Shown piece by piece: positions 1 through 8,771 of a stretch of DNA of 64,000 bases (position 1 is the stretch's first letter; every line of letters starts with the position of its first letter). Under the pieces are notes generated by a model, which saw nothing but the letters and a program-made list of their open reading frames with translations, was not told the DNA's origin and searched no databases. This DNA is from a virus, in IMG/VR virus record IMGVR_UViG_3300024255_000004; one strand, 5' to 3'. The translations under genes were made by a program, and so were the position numbers.

Positions 1-3
1 TGG

Positions 4-1083
4 GTGAAATCTTCTAGGTATAATTTTAGAGACAGTGGTGTCTTTAATCTTACTGCAATAATCAGTGGATACAATGGTGGATATTCCGAGAGTGGAATAG
101 TTCCTCCAGTAGAACAACCAAAAGTTGTTCCAGTTGCACCAATGCAATCAGTTTCAAACATGCCAGTTGCAGCTGCAACTCAAACTGTTAACGTGAATGA
201 CAATGTAAAAATCATTCCCGAGAAAATGTCAAACTATGTTCCTTTTGGACACTTCAAAGATGTCAAAGGAATTATCAAATCTAAAATCTTTTTCCCAGTA
301 TTCATTACTGGACTAAGTGGTAATGGTAAAACATTAATGATTGAACAAACTTGTGCTCAATTGAAGAGAGAACTCTTCAGAGTCAATATCACTATTGAGA
401 CAGACGAAGACGACCTAATGGGTGGTCACACTTTGGTCAATGGTAATGTCGTCTTCAGAGAAGGCCCTGTTATCAAAGCAATGAGAAAAGGTGCTGTCCT
501 TCTTCTTGACGAAGTTGACTTGGGTTCTAACAAACTAATGTGTCTACAATCAGTTCTTGAAGGTAAAGGATACCTAATCAAGAAAACTGGTGAGTGGGTT
601 TCACCTAAAGAAGGTTTCACAATCCTTGCAACTGCAAACACGAAAGGACAAGGTTCTGATGATGGAAAGTTCATAGGAACTCAAATCATGAATGAAGCCA
701 TGTTGGAAAGATTTGCAATCACCATGCAACAGGAATATCCACCAGTGACTACTGAAAGAAGTATTCTTAAAAAAGAAATGGAATTGACTGGTGAAGTCGA
801 TAACGAATTCTGTGAGAAACTAGTAGATTGGGCAGACATTATCAGAAAAACCTACTATGAAGGTGCTATTGATGATGTTATTACCACTAGAAGATTGGTT
901 CACATTGTCAATGCATTCAGAATGTTTGACGACAAACTGAAGTCAATCACTATGTGTATTTCAAGGTTTGACGAAGAGACTAGAAATAGTATCCTCGACC
1001 TCTACTCCAAGATTGATGCTGGAGTAGACTTGAATGCAGAAAACCCAGTTGACGAAACTGAGTCTTCAGAGTATAATGACTAG
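4..1083 (+). CDS. cobS: CobS/MoxR-like AAA+ ATPase (probably begins upstream of the window)
   Basis: Walker A GLSGNGKT, Walker B LLLDEVD, TANTKG; typical of marine T4-like phages; frame open from base 1. Confidence 0.85.
   Translation: MKSSRYNFRDSGVFNLTAIISGYNGGYSESGIVPPVEQPKVVPVAPMQSVSNMPVAAATQTVNVNDNVKIIPEKMSNYVPFGHFKDVKGIIKSKIFFPVFITGLSGNGKTLMIEQTCAQLKRELFRVNITIETDEDDLMGGHTLVNGNVVFREGPVIKAMRKGAVLLLDEVDLGSNKLMCLQSVLEGKGYLIKKTGEWVSPKEGFTILATANTKGQGSDDGKFIGTQIMNEAMLERFAITMQQEYPPVTTERSILKKEMELTGEVDNEFCEKLVDWADIIRKTYYEGAIDDVITTRRLVHIVNAFRMFDDKLKSITMCISRFDEETRNSILDLYSKIDAGVDLNAENPVDETESSEYND
1049..1077 (+). promoter_or_regulatory. sigma70-type promoter TTGACG-N17-TATAAT inside the cobS 3' end
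   Basis: Near-consensus hexamers with 17 bp spacing; ATG at 1085. Confidence 0.7.
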
Positions 1084-1084
1084 T

Positions 1085-1393
1085 ATGGGATTATTTAAGA
1101 CTAAGTCAAAACCAATTGACTACAAATATGACGAGGGAGAACTTCTTAAAGAGTTCTCCACGTATATTGATACAACTTATGACCAACACTACAGTTTAAA
1201 CAAATACCAGTCCACTGAATTTATAATTGACAGTGGTCATGGGGAAGGATTTTGTATCGGGAACATACTGAAGTATGCCCAAAGATACGGAAAAAAAGGT
1301 GGGAAGAATCGTGCAGATATACTTAAAGTATTACACTATGCATTATTCATGCTTCACGTTCACGATAAAGCGATAAAGGAGGCTAACAAGTGA
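1085..1393 (+). CDS. DUF3310-like protein (T7 gp1.7-like nucleotide kinase family)
   Basis: HY...GFCIGNILKYAQRYGKKG...DILKVLHY motif; start placed at the ATG after the promoter. Confidence 0.65.
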   Translation: MGLFKTKSKPIDYKYDEGELLKEFSTYIDTTYDQHYSLNKYQSTEFIIDSGHGEGFCIGNILKYAQRYGKKGGKNRADILKVLHYALFMLHVHDKAIKEANK

Positions 1394-2058
1394 TGAAAAT
1401 TAGTAATGATACGAGGAATATCTTCAAAAATTTCTCAACAATAAACCAAGGGATTAAAGTAAGTAGTGGAAACACACTTCAAACAATCTCTAATATGAAA
1501 AACATTCTTGCAGTTGCAACGATACCCGAAGACTTTCCACAAGACTTCAGTATCTACAATCTGCCAGAGTTTTTAGGTGCAACCAGTTTACTGGAAGACC
1601 CCGAGTTTGAATTCGGTGATACAAGTCTAACAGTTGCAGACACAAATTCTAGTCTTGCGTATTTTTATGCAAGTGAAGGAATGGTGACTTCACCCGAAAA
1701 AATGATAACAATGCCTGATGCAGAAATCGGTATTGATATCTCTTCTACACTTCTAAACGAGTTGCAGAAAGCAGCAAGTGTTCTAGGTGTCGGAGATTTA
1801 ATTCTTTCTTCAAATGGAACTACAATTAAATTGGAAGTGACTGATAAGAAGAATGCAACTTCAAACACATTCTCAAGAATCGTGGGTGAAGGAAATGGTG
1901 TTTCATACACTATGAACTTTAAGATTGAGAACCTTAAAGTCTTGGACGGAAACTATGAAGTATTAGTTTCGTCAAAAGGAATCTCACACTTTAAAAACAA
2001 AGATGTGGATTTAGAATACTTTATTGCATTGGAGCCTGATTCAAAATACAATGTTTAA
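1390..2058 (+). CDS. gp45: sliding clamp
   Basis: KNFSTINQGI, FSIYNLPEFL, YFIALE; directly upstream of gp44. Confidence 0.93.
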   Translation: MMKISNDTRNIFKNFSTINQGIKVSSGNTLQTISNMKNILAVATIPEDFPQDFSIYNLPEFLGATSLLEDPEFEFGDTSLTVADTNSSLAYFYASEGMVTSPEKMITMPDAEIGIDISSTLLNELQKAASVLGVGDLILSSNGTTIKLEVTDKKNATSNTFSRIVGEGNGVSYTMNFKIENLKVLDGNYEVLVSSKGISHFKNKDVDLEYFIALEPDSKYNV

Positions 2059-2173
2059 CCTAAATAAAAGAGTAAGTGTTGCACTAGTCTCTGCAATGCA
2101 TACGGGACATAAGACATCTCATCAATCTTCAAGGGTTCTTATGACAGTTAATTCGGAGGGGTTTTAACTTCTT

Positions 2174-3121
2174 ATGATGAATGAATTTTTATTTGTAGAA
2201 AAGTATCGTCCTCAAACAATTGAGGACACGATACTACCCGAGGGTATTAAGAATACTTTTAGAGAATTTGTAAAACAGGGAGAGATACCAAATCTCATGT
2301 TGTGTGGTTCTGCTGGTGTTGGTAAAACAACAATTGCAAAAGCACTATGCAACGAACTGGGTGCAGACTTTATAGTAATCAATGGGTCAGACGAAGGTCG
2401 TTTGATTGATACCTTAAGAACTAAAATTAAAAACTTTGCATCTACAGTTTCACTTAGTGGTGGGTCAAAGGTTGTTATCCTTGATGAAGCAGATTACATT
2501 TCTGCAGACTCGGTTCAACCTGCCTTGAGAAACTTCATAGAGGAGTTCTCTTCGAACTGTAGATTTATCTTTACTTGTAATTACAAGAATAGAATTATTA
2601 AACCACTACATTCAAGAACAACAGTCATAGACTTCAAACTAACACCCAGTGATAAACAACAACTTGCTGGAATATTCCTTTCAAGACTTAAACAAATTTG
2701 TGATAACGAAAGTATTAAGTATGACGAAAAGGTTTTGGTTGAACTTATATTAAAGTTCTTCCCCGATTTCAGAAGGTGTATCAACGAGGTTCAAAGATAT
2801 GGAGTCAGTGGTGTAATAGACACTGGTCTTATTGCAACACTAGCCGAAGAGAAACTAACACCACTTATTGATATGATGAAGGACAAGAACTGGACTTCTA
2901 TGAGGAAGTGGGTTGCACAAAATAGTGATAATGATTTTGATACTTTGTTTAGAAAGGTCTTTAATACACTTGAACAAAGACTAGAACCTTCTAGTATTCC
3001 AGCAAGTGTTTTGATTATTGCAGACTATCAATACAAGTCTGCTTTTGCAATGGATAGTGAAATCAATTTCGTTGCATGTCTCACCGAGATTATGTCGGAG
3101 TGTAAATTCAAAGATGGGTAA
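2174..3121 (+). CDS. gp44: clamp loader large subunit
   Basis: VEKYRP, GSAGVGKTT, ILDEAD, LHSR, FPDFRR. Confidence 0.95.
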   Translation: MMNEFLFVEKYRPQTIEDTILPEGIKNTFREFVKQGEIPNLMLCGSAGVGKTTIAKALCNELGADFIVINGSDEGRLIDTLRTKIKNFASTVSLSGGSKVVILDEADYISADSVQPALRNFIEEFSSNCRFIFTCNYKNRIIKPLHSRTTVIDFKLTPSDKQQLAGIFLSRLKQICDNESIKYDEKVLVELILKFFPDFRRCINEVQRYGVSGVIDTGLIATLAEEKLTPLIDMMKDKNWTSMRKWVAQNSDNDFDTLFRKVFNTLEQRLEPSSIPASVLIIADYQYKSAFAMDSEINFVACLTEIMSECKFKDG

Positions 3122-3239
3122 ACTAAGACAATGGTTTAGAAAATGGTTTGATATTCAAATAGAGAAATCAATGCAAAGAAAATCAGACAGAATGTTTTCA
3201 AAACATAGTGTAGAATATAGAGATGGAGATAACACATGA
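3114..3239 (+). CDS. small hypothetical protein
   Basis: ATG overlaps the gp44 end and the stop overlaps the next ATG. Confidence 0.5.
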   Translation: MGKLRQWFRKWFDIQIEKSMQRKSDRMFSKHSVEYRDGDNT

Positions 3240-3505
3240 CAGAATATAATGAAACAGTAGAACGACAAAGACTGCTACTAGAAGCTGAAGAATGGGCTAG
3301 TGGTGTTAAATCTGCACATGCACATTCACTGAATTCAATGTGGTATGATACAAGACCACAAGACACTGAAAATGGAAAAGGTGTCTTAGATATTCAATAC
3401 AATGACGAAACAGTTAAAAGAACTTTAGACAATGGAGAAACCTATATCTTTGGAACTCCATTGAAAGGACAAGCCTTAATTGATTCTTATGTAAGAAGCA
3501 CTTAA
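3236..3505 (+). CDS. hypothetical protein
   Basis: GGAG RBS; coupled to neighbouring genes. Confidence 0.7.
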   Translation: MTEYNETVERQRLLLEAEEWASGVKSAHAHSLNSMWYDTRPQDTENGKGVLDIQYNDETVKRTLDNGETYIFGTPLKGQALIDSYVRST

Positions 3506-3897
3506 TGTCTAAAAGAAATCCATTCGATTTTGTAAAATCGGTCTCTTCCGATAAAACTGATATCATGGTTGATGATATCGAAGAGAAATCATATCAACCA
3601 TTCTTAATAAACAAAGCATTATCTTATCACCAAGATTCTGTTTTTCTTACTAACGAAATGAACATTAGACATGGTGTAGACAATCGTCTTCAATATGTCT
3701 TTTTCCTAAATACTCTTAGGAAACGTCAAAGGTTCTCCAAGTGGAGTAAACCTTACGTTAGTAAAAAACTCGATATAATTAAAGATTATTATCAGATATC
3801 AACAAAAGAAGCAAAAGAATATGCAACTTTACTATCTGAAAAACAATATCGTGAATTGAAAAACAGTATGAAAACTGGTGGTAGAGATAATGGATAA
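3505..3897 (+). CDS. gp62: clamp loader small subunit
   Basis: YQPFLINKALS, NEMN, LRKRQRFSKW; synteny with gp44 and regA. Confidence 0.9.
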   Translation: MSKRNPFDFVKSVSSDKTDIMVDDIEEKSYQPFLINKALSYHQDSVFLTNEMNIRHGVDNRLQYVFFLNTLRKRQRFSKWSKPYVSKKLDIIKDYYQISTKEAKEYATLLSEKQYRELKNSMKTGGRDNG

Positions 3898-4300
3898 CCA
3901 AGAAGAAATAGTAAAAGGCCTAGTAGAGGTCACATTCCCCGAAAAAGATGATTTTTTAAAAATTAGAGAAACACTTTCTAGAATAGGTGTCGCATCAAGA
4001 AAGGATAAGGAATTATTTCAGTCTTGTCATATTCTACACAAACGTGGTAAGTATTATATCACACATTTCAAAGAGTTATTCAAACTCGATGGTAAACCTT
4101 CTAATCTTGATGAGTCAGATATTGCACGAAGAAACACTATAGTGTCACTTTTAGAACAATGGAAACTAGTATCTGTAGTCAATAAGACTCAAATAGAAGA
4201 CCCAAAAGCACCCCTAAGTCAGATAAAAATTATACCATTTAGAGAGAAATCCGAATGGAAATTGACAACAAAATACTCAATCGGTTCCCAAAATCCCTAA
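3890..4300 (+). CDS. regA: translational repressor RegA
   Basis: DDFLKIRETLSRIGVAS, QSCHILHKRGKYYITHFKELF. Confidence 0.96.
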   Translation: MDNQEEIVKGLVEVTFPEKDDFLKIRETLSRIGVASRKDKELFQSCHILHKRGKYYITHFKELFKLDGKPSNLDESDIARRNTIVSLLEQWKLVSVVNKTQIEDPKAPLSQIKIIPFREKSEWKLTTKYSIGSQNP

Positions 4301-4326
4301 ATACAACTGTTATAAATAAATAACAA

Positions 4327-4545
4327 ATGGAGGAAACTATGTTATCAAGCATAATAGACTTTATTATGGGGATTTGGAACTTACTTATGGTAATTCCAAT
4401 CGTTATATCTATTTGTAGTGTTATTGTCGCTTTGACACCAACACCCGCAGATGATAAGATATGGGCAAAGGTATACAAATACCTAGAAGTTCTTGCACTA
4501 GTAATAGGTAAGGCCAAGAATAAAAATCCATTGTTAGAAAAATAA
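4327..4545 (+). CDS. small membrane protein
   Basis: Hydrophobic helix, ALTPTPADD motif; TATAAATA at 4311. Confidence 0.65.
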   Translation: MEETMLSSIIDFIMGIWNLLMVIPIVISICSVIVALTPTPADDKIWAKVYKYLEVLALVIGKAKNKNPLLEK

Positions 4546-4559
4546 ACTGAGGAAATGTA

Positions 4560-4802
4560 ATGGAAATCATAATTGGAATAATAGTTGTTGTAGGTATTGT
4601 TTACTTTATTCAAAATAAGAAGGATAAAGGTTCAAGTGTGTCAAAACCGACACCAGCACCTAAACCTAAAACACCAAGTGTTGCAGAATTAAAGAAACTT
4701 ACCAAGAATCAACTCATTGAAATGGCAGATAAGAAAAATCTTAAAGTCAAGAAGAGTGGTTCTAAAGCAAATGTTATAAGTGAATTACGAGAACAGTTAT
4801 AA
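4560..4802 (+). CDS. membrane-anchored protein with Rho-N/HeH-like C-terminal domain
   Basis: N-terminal TM, Pro/Lys linker, ELKKLTKNQLIEMA...GSKANVISEL. Confidence 0.6.
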   Translation: MEIIIGIIVVVGIVYFIQNKKDKGSSVSKPTPAPKPKTPSVAELKKLTKNQLIEMADKKNLKVKKSGSKANVISELREQL

Positions 4803-4817
4803 ACTGAACGTAATAAC

Positions 4818-4843
4818 AAAAGGGTGCTTATGCACCCTTTTTT
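4818..4843 (+). terminator. rho-independent terminator (possibly bidirectional)
   Basis: AAAAGGGTGC-TTAT-GCACCCTTTTTT. Confidence 0.85.
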
Positions 4844-4865
4844 ATTGTCTGTAAACAGTTATTAG

Positions 4866-4873
4866 TATAAATA
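4866..4873 (+). promoter_or_regulatory. T4-type late promoter TATAAATA heading the curli/cyclase operon
   Basis: Exact gp55 consensus just after a terminator and 5 nt before ATG 4879. Confidence 0.75.
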
Positions 4874-4878
4874 AAGGT

Positions 4879-5172
4879 ATGGATATATTTGGTTTGATAA
4901 GTGAAGTGGGAGCTCCGATTGCTGGAAGTCTAGTGATGGGTTTCTTTATTTTTACAGTTATCAAACAAATACTAGAAGGTGTCGTTGATTCTATCAAAAC
5001 CCTTACCATGTTCTGTAAGTCACTAGAAAATCGTGCAAGAACAATGTCTAACGAAATGATTAAGATAGACATGTTAGTGTCAAGTGCCTTAGAACTTAGA
5101 CCCGATATAGAGAGAATTGCACGTGCAGAGAACTTTATAGAAGACGGGAAACTAGACGTGAGAAGGGACTAG
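4879..5172 (+). CDS. single-TM coiled-coil membrane protein (paralog 1)
   Basis: ISEVGAPIAG + TM + coiled coil; resembles the next ORF. Confidence 0.7.
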   Translation: MDIFGLISEVGAPIAGSLVMGFFIFTVIKQILEGVVDSIKTLTMFCKSLENRARTMSNEMIKIDMLVSSALELRPDIERIARAENFIEDGKLDVRRD

Positions 5173-5453
5173 TGGAAAATATTGCACAACTTATTTCTGA
5201 TTATGGATTTCCAATCGTAATGATGGTTGGACTTGGATATTTCGTATATTATGTTTGGTGGTTTGTGGGTGAAAAATTGGAACCCGAAATCGAAAAACAA
5301 CACTTTGCATTGATTAAAGTGATTGACCAAGTGCGAATGTTAGACCAAGACTTGATTCGTCTACAACAAAAAGTAGACGTAGTTCTCGAATACAAAGAGA
5401 ATCAAAAAAAGAGAGGAAACATGACAGATGATAAAACCGACAGTAATAATTAG
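5172..5453 (+). CDS. single-TM coiled-coil membrane protein (paralog 2)
   Basis: ISDYGFPIVM + TM + LIDQVRMLDQDLIRL-type coil. Confidence 0.7.
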   Translation: MENIAQLISDYGFPIVMMVGLGYFVYYVWWFVGEKLEPEIEKQHFALIKVIDQVRMLDQDLIRLQQKVDVVLEYKENQKKRGNMTDDKTDSNN

Positions 5454-5886
5454 TATTTGTTTTGCACTTAGTGTAAGTGCAGATGAAATAGTTCACAAAT
5501 TCAAAAGTCCTTCCTTCAATGGAATAGGACAATCATCACACTATCTCACAATTGAGAATCAAGAAAAATCAAGACGTGATAAGATAGCACAAGACATAGA
5601 AGACCGAATTGCAAAAGCAGAAAGAGATGCAGATAATACCACTCTTGCAAAATTTTTAAGAAACGTAGAAAGTAGAATTTATGCTCAGATAGCAAAACAG
5701 TTAGTAGAAAATATGTTCTCTAACGGAGAAGCTGCATCATATGGAGTTTTCTCAATAGAAGGGAATACAGTCACATACGAAAAATTAGTTGGTGAAGATG
5801 GTGCAGAATTTATTAGGTTAACCATTGTAGCAGAAGACGGGACGACAACAACTTTAGATATACCAGTTGGAACAGGAAGTTTCTAA
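5428..5886 (+). CDS. csgF: curli assembly protein CsgF-like
   Basis: Signal peptide then HKFKSPSFNG (cf. CsgF FQFRNPNFGG); FLRNVESRIYAQIAKQL; ends in TTLDIP; adjacent to csgG. Confidence 0.85.
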   Translation: MIKPTVIISICFALSVSADEIVHKFKSPSFNGIGQSSHYLTIENQEKSRRDKIAQDIEDRIAKAERDADNTTLAKFLRNVESRIYAQIAKQLVENMFSNGEAASYGVFSIEGNTVTYEKLVGEDGAEFIRLTIVAEDGTTTTLDIPVGTGSF

Positions 5887-6798
5887 ATGAAAAATGTAGG
5901 ATTAGTAGGACTAATTATGGTCTTGCTCACTAGTGGGTGTGCAAGTATTCCTTCCATGCAAGACACTTGTGATTCTACAGTTATGCAACGTGTAGGTTCA
6001 TGTATTGAAGATGCAGAGGTTGTGAAGATACCAACCTACCAAGAACTTGCAGACTTACCAGCTGCAGAGACAATGCCTATTGTTGCAGTGTATGGTTTTT
6101 TAGATAAGACAGGACAAAGGAAGAGAATGGACGGAGTTGCATCATTCTCAACTGCAGTGACCCAAGGTGCAGAAGCATTCTTGATTGATGCACTTAAGAC
6201 TGCTGGAAAAGGTAAATGGTTTAGAGTAGTAGAGAGAACAAATTTAGATGCACTTGTAAGAGAGAGACAAATCATACGAAGTGCAAGAGAAGACTTTGCA
6301 AATCAAGAAGGTAATGAAGATTCCCCAACAGGAATTCAACCTCTTTTATTTGCTGGTATCCTTCTTGACGGAGGGATAGTTGGTTATGACACTAACATTG
6401 AAAGTGGTGGACGAGGTGCAAGAACATTAGGCATCGGTGCATCAAACTCCTATAGGAGAGATGTGGTGACTGTAAGTTTGAGAGGAATTTCAACACTTAC
6501 TGGTGAAATATTATTAAACGTCCAAACTAAGAAGACGATTCTTAGCACGGGTGGTGGGTATGATGTATTCAAGTTTGTGGATATGGATACTCAACTAGTG
6601 GAAGTAGAAGATGGTGTAGCACAAAACGAAGGAGTCACAAAAGCGACTCGTTCTGCAATTGAACTTGCCGTCTTAGAATTAATATACCAAGGACACGATA
6701 GAGGTTTTTGGGAAATAAAAAGTGGACATCGTCACCCTCATGGAACTCATGGGAGAAACGAACTTCACAATATAGAGGAAAAACAAAATGAAGAATAA
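5887..6798 (+). CDS. csgG: curli secretion channel CsgG lipoprotein
   Basis: Lipobox LTSGC; VAVYGFLDKTGQRK, FSTAVTQG, WFRVVERTNLDALVRERQIIR, GGIVGYDTN, YRRDVVTVSLR. Confidence 0.93.
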   Translation: MKNVGLVGLIMVLLTSGCASIPSMQDTCDSTVMQRVGSCIEDAEVVKIPTYQELADLPAAETMPIVAVYGFLDKTGQRKRMDGVASFSTAVTQGAEAFLIDALKTAGKGKWFRVVERTNLDALVRERQIIRSAREDFANQEGNEDSPTGIQPLLFAGILLDGGIVGYDTNIESGGRGARTLGIGASNSYRRDVVTVSLRGISTLTGEILLNVQTKKTILSTGGGYDVFKFVDMDTQLVEVEDGVAQNEGVTKATRSAIELAVLELIYQGHDRGFWEIKSGHRHPHGTHGRNELHNIEEKQNEE

Positions 6799-7516
6799 AC
6801 TTCTTTTATTATGTTTATCATTAGGGTTAACTGGTTTCGTATCTGCAGCTGCAGATGATAACGAGATTTGGATACAACAGTCGGGTGACAATTTAATATT
6901 GAATTTCACTCAAAAAGGTTATGGAAACAAAGTTGGTGGAGATGATTTCTCTGGCACTTCAATTGACATGATTTTAACTGGTGCAACTAACAGTTTAACA
7001 TTATTACAAGACGGAGATAACAATAAGTTATTCGGGCCTTTTATTGCAGATACTTCAACAGTAAATTTAACTTTTACTGGTGATTCTAACTCAATGGATT
7101 GGAACGTAGGATATGTTGGTAGTGCAGATAACTTAAACATGTTAGGTGTTATTACAGGTGACTCAAACACATTTGACATTGATGTCGGATATGATGCATC
7201 TGCAGAATACCTTAACTGGGATTTAGTGTTAACTGGAGATTCAAACGTATTCACTACTAAAATAGATAGTGACAATGCAGTTTGGAACTGGACTATTACT
7301 GGAGATTCAAATGATATTAATACTAACCAATCAGATGCAACCGATAACAGTATCACTGCAGTCTTAACTGGTTCTACAAATGATATAGACATCATTCAAA
7401 AGAGTGGTTCAGATGCTGGTTGTCCTTCAGGGTCATCTTGTAGTGGTATTATTGATGTATCTTTCGTGACTTCTAATGCAAATATTGATATCGTTCAGAA
7501 AGATACTAACGATTAA
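6788..7516 (+). CDS. secreted curlin-like beta-repeat protein
   Basis: Signal peptide; repeats such as IQQSGDN, TQKGYGN, LQDGDNN and four TGDSN at about 23-28 aa spacing; N/D/G/S/T-rich. Confidence 0.75.
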   Translation: MKNKLLLLCLSLGLTGFVSAAADDNEIWIQQSGDNLILNFTQKGYGNKVGGDDFSGTSIDMILTGATNSLTLLQDGDNNKLFGPFIADTSTVNLTFTGDSNSMDWNVGYVGSADNLNMLGVITGDSNTFDIDVGYDASAEYLNWDLVLTGDSNVFTTKIDSDNAVWNWTITGDSNDINTNQSDATDNSITAVLTGSTNDIDIIQKSGSDAGCPSGSSCSGIIDVSFVTSNANIDIVQKDTND

Positions 7517-8612
7517 TCTTTTACTTATTGGTTCAGTTTCAGCTGAACCAATAGGTGAGATTATAGAATATAAGGGTTCAGCAGGACTTCAGAGAGACGG
7601 AGAGTCTACTCTTGTCAGTGCAAATACTGAACCTGATGTGTTGATGTATGATACAGCACAAACTCAGAATGGGAGAATGAAGATTGAGTTCAAAGGTGAA
7701 GAACGACTGGACTTAACAGAACACTCCAAGGTTTGGATTGACGAGGTATATTACGACCCCGACCCTTCTAAATCCAAAATGGCCATACGAATGGCACAAG
7801 GCACCGCTAGATTTGCTTCAGGATTCGGTGGGAAGATAAAGAAAAGTAATATTAAAGTATCGACACCTACAGCACAAATTGCTGTGGTTGGAACAGATTT
7901 CACTACAAGTATTGATGAACTTGGAAGGTCACTTGTTATACTTTTGCCTGACGAATTTGGTAATCCTTCAGGAAAAATTATTGTGAGTAATGCTGGTGGA
8001 AGTGTCACATTGGAAGAGGCTTATCAAGCAACTATGGTATCCACTTTTGACGATTCACCTACTAAACCAGTGACAGTGAATGGTATTGATGGGAGTATGA
8101 TTGACAATATGTTTATTGTGAATCCACCCGAAGAGGTGAAAGAACAAGTTGCAGAAGAATCGTCTAACAACGAAAATGATAGTAGCAACATTCTTGACGT
8201 GGACTTTTTAGAGTTCAATGATTTAGAAGAAGATTACTTTGAAGACGATGAATTAGAATATACAGAACTCGATAGAGACTTATTAGATATCGATTTCTTA
8301 CAAGATTTACTAGATGTAGTTTTGGAGATTGACCGAAAGGTTGGTATCGATGCAGAAAGAAAGGCAGACCCTTTCGGAGTTGCAAGAATAGAAGGAACTG
8401 CATTTGGGTTTGATAAGGACTCTCAATACAATACAATTGTTGATAAGGGTCTTGGTCAAATTTGGTTCTACAGGGAAGTTCAAGGAGTTATCTCCATTAA
8501 AATCCCAATCTATGCACAAGCAACGATTAGAACCACTACAGACGAAAAAGGTTCACTAATTAAAGTGGGTGATGGTTCGTCTATAAATATTACCATTACA
8601 CAAACAAACTAG
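7476..8612 (+). CDS. FecR-domain exported protein with acidic C-terminal region
   Basis: Signal peptide; DTAQTQNGRMKIEF, LTEHSKVWIDE, VSTPTAQIAVVGTDF, GKIIVSN. Confidence 0.82.
   Translation: MQILISFRKILTINLLLIGSVSAEPIGEIIEYKGSAGLQRDGESTLVSANTEPDVLMYDTAQTQNGRMKIEFKGEERLDLTEHSKVWIDEVYYDPDPSKSKMAIRMAQGTARFASGFGGKIKKSNIKVSTPTAQIAVVGTDFTTSIDELGRSLVILLPDEFGNPSGKIIVSNAGGSVTLEEAYQATMVSTFDDSPTKPVTVNGIDGSMIDNMFIVNPPEEVKEQVAEESSNNENDSSNILDVDFLEFNDLEEDYFEDDELEYTELDRDLLDIDFLQDLLDVVLEIDRKVGIDAERKADPFGVARIEGTAFGFDKDSQYNTIVDKGLGQIWFYREVQGVISIKIPIYAQATIRTTTDEKGSLIKVGDGSSINITITQTN
8582..8589 (+). promoter_or_regulatory. internal late promoter TATAAATA
   Basis: Exact consensus at the 3' end of the FecR gene, upstream of an AGGAG RBS. 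Confidence 0.55.
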
Positions 8613-8621
8613 GAGAAATAT

Positions 8622-8771
8622 ATGAATAGTATGTTAGAAAAACTTCGTAATTGGCACGAATTTCAGTTAACTGGATTTCAAGATGCAATGAGACTGGACG
8701 ATTACCACATGTTGTGGTTATCATTTGGAAAAGGAGTAGTATTTACAATATTATTTTTATGGATTATCTAA
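8622..8771 (+). CDS. 49-aa membrane peptide (not in ORF track)
   Basis: AGGAG RBS; MNSMLEKLRNWHEF...GVVFTILFLWII; stop overlaps the next ATG. Confidence 0.65.
   Translation: MNSMLEKLRNWHEFQLTGFQDAMRLDDYHMLWLSFGKGVVFTILFLWII

Noticed and set aside
4327-4545. Holin assignment
   Set aside because: A small TM protein, but not adjacent to the endolysin and with no diagnostic motif; left as hypothetical
8651-8770. N-terminal 40 aa of the 251-aa track ORF
   Set aside because: The signal peptide starts at ATG 8771, and the upstream region is better explained by the 8622-8771 ORF with its RBS
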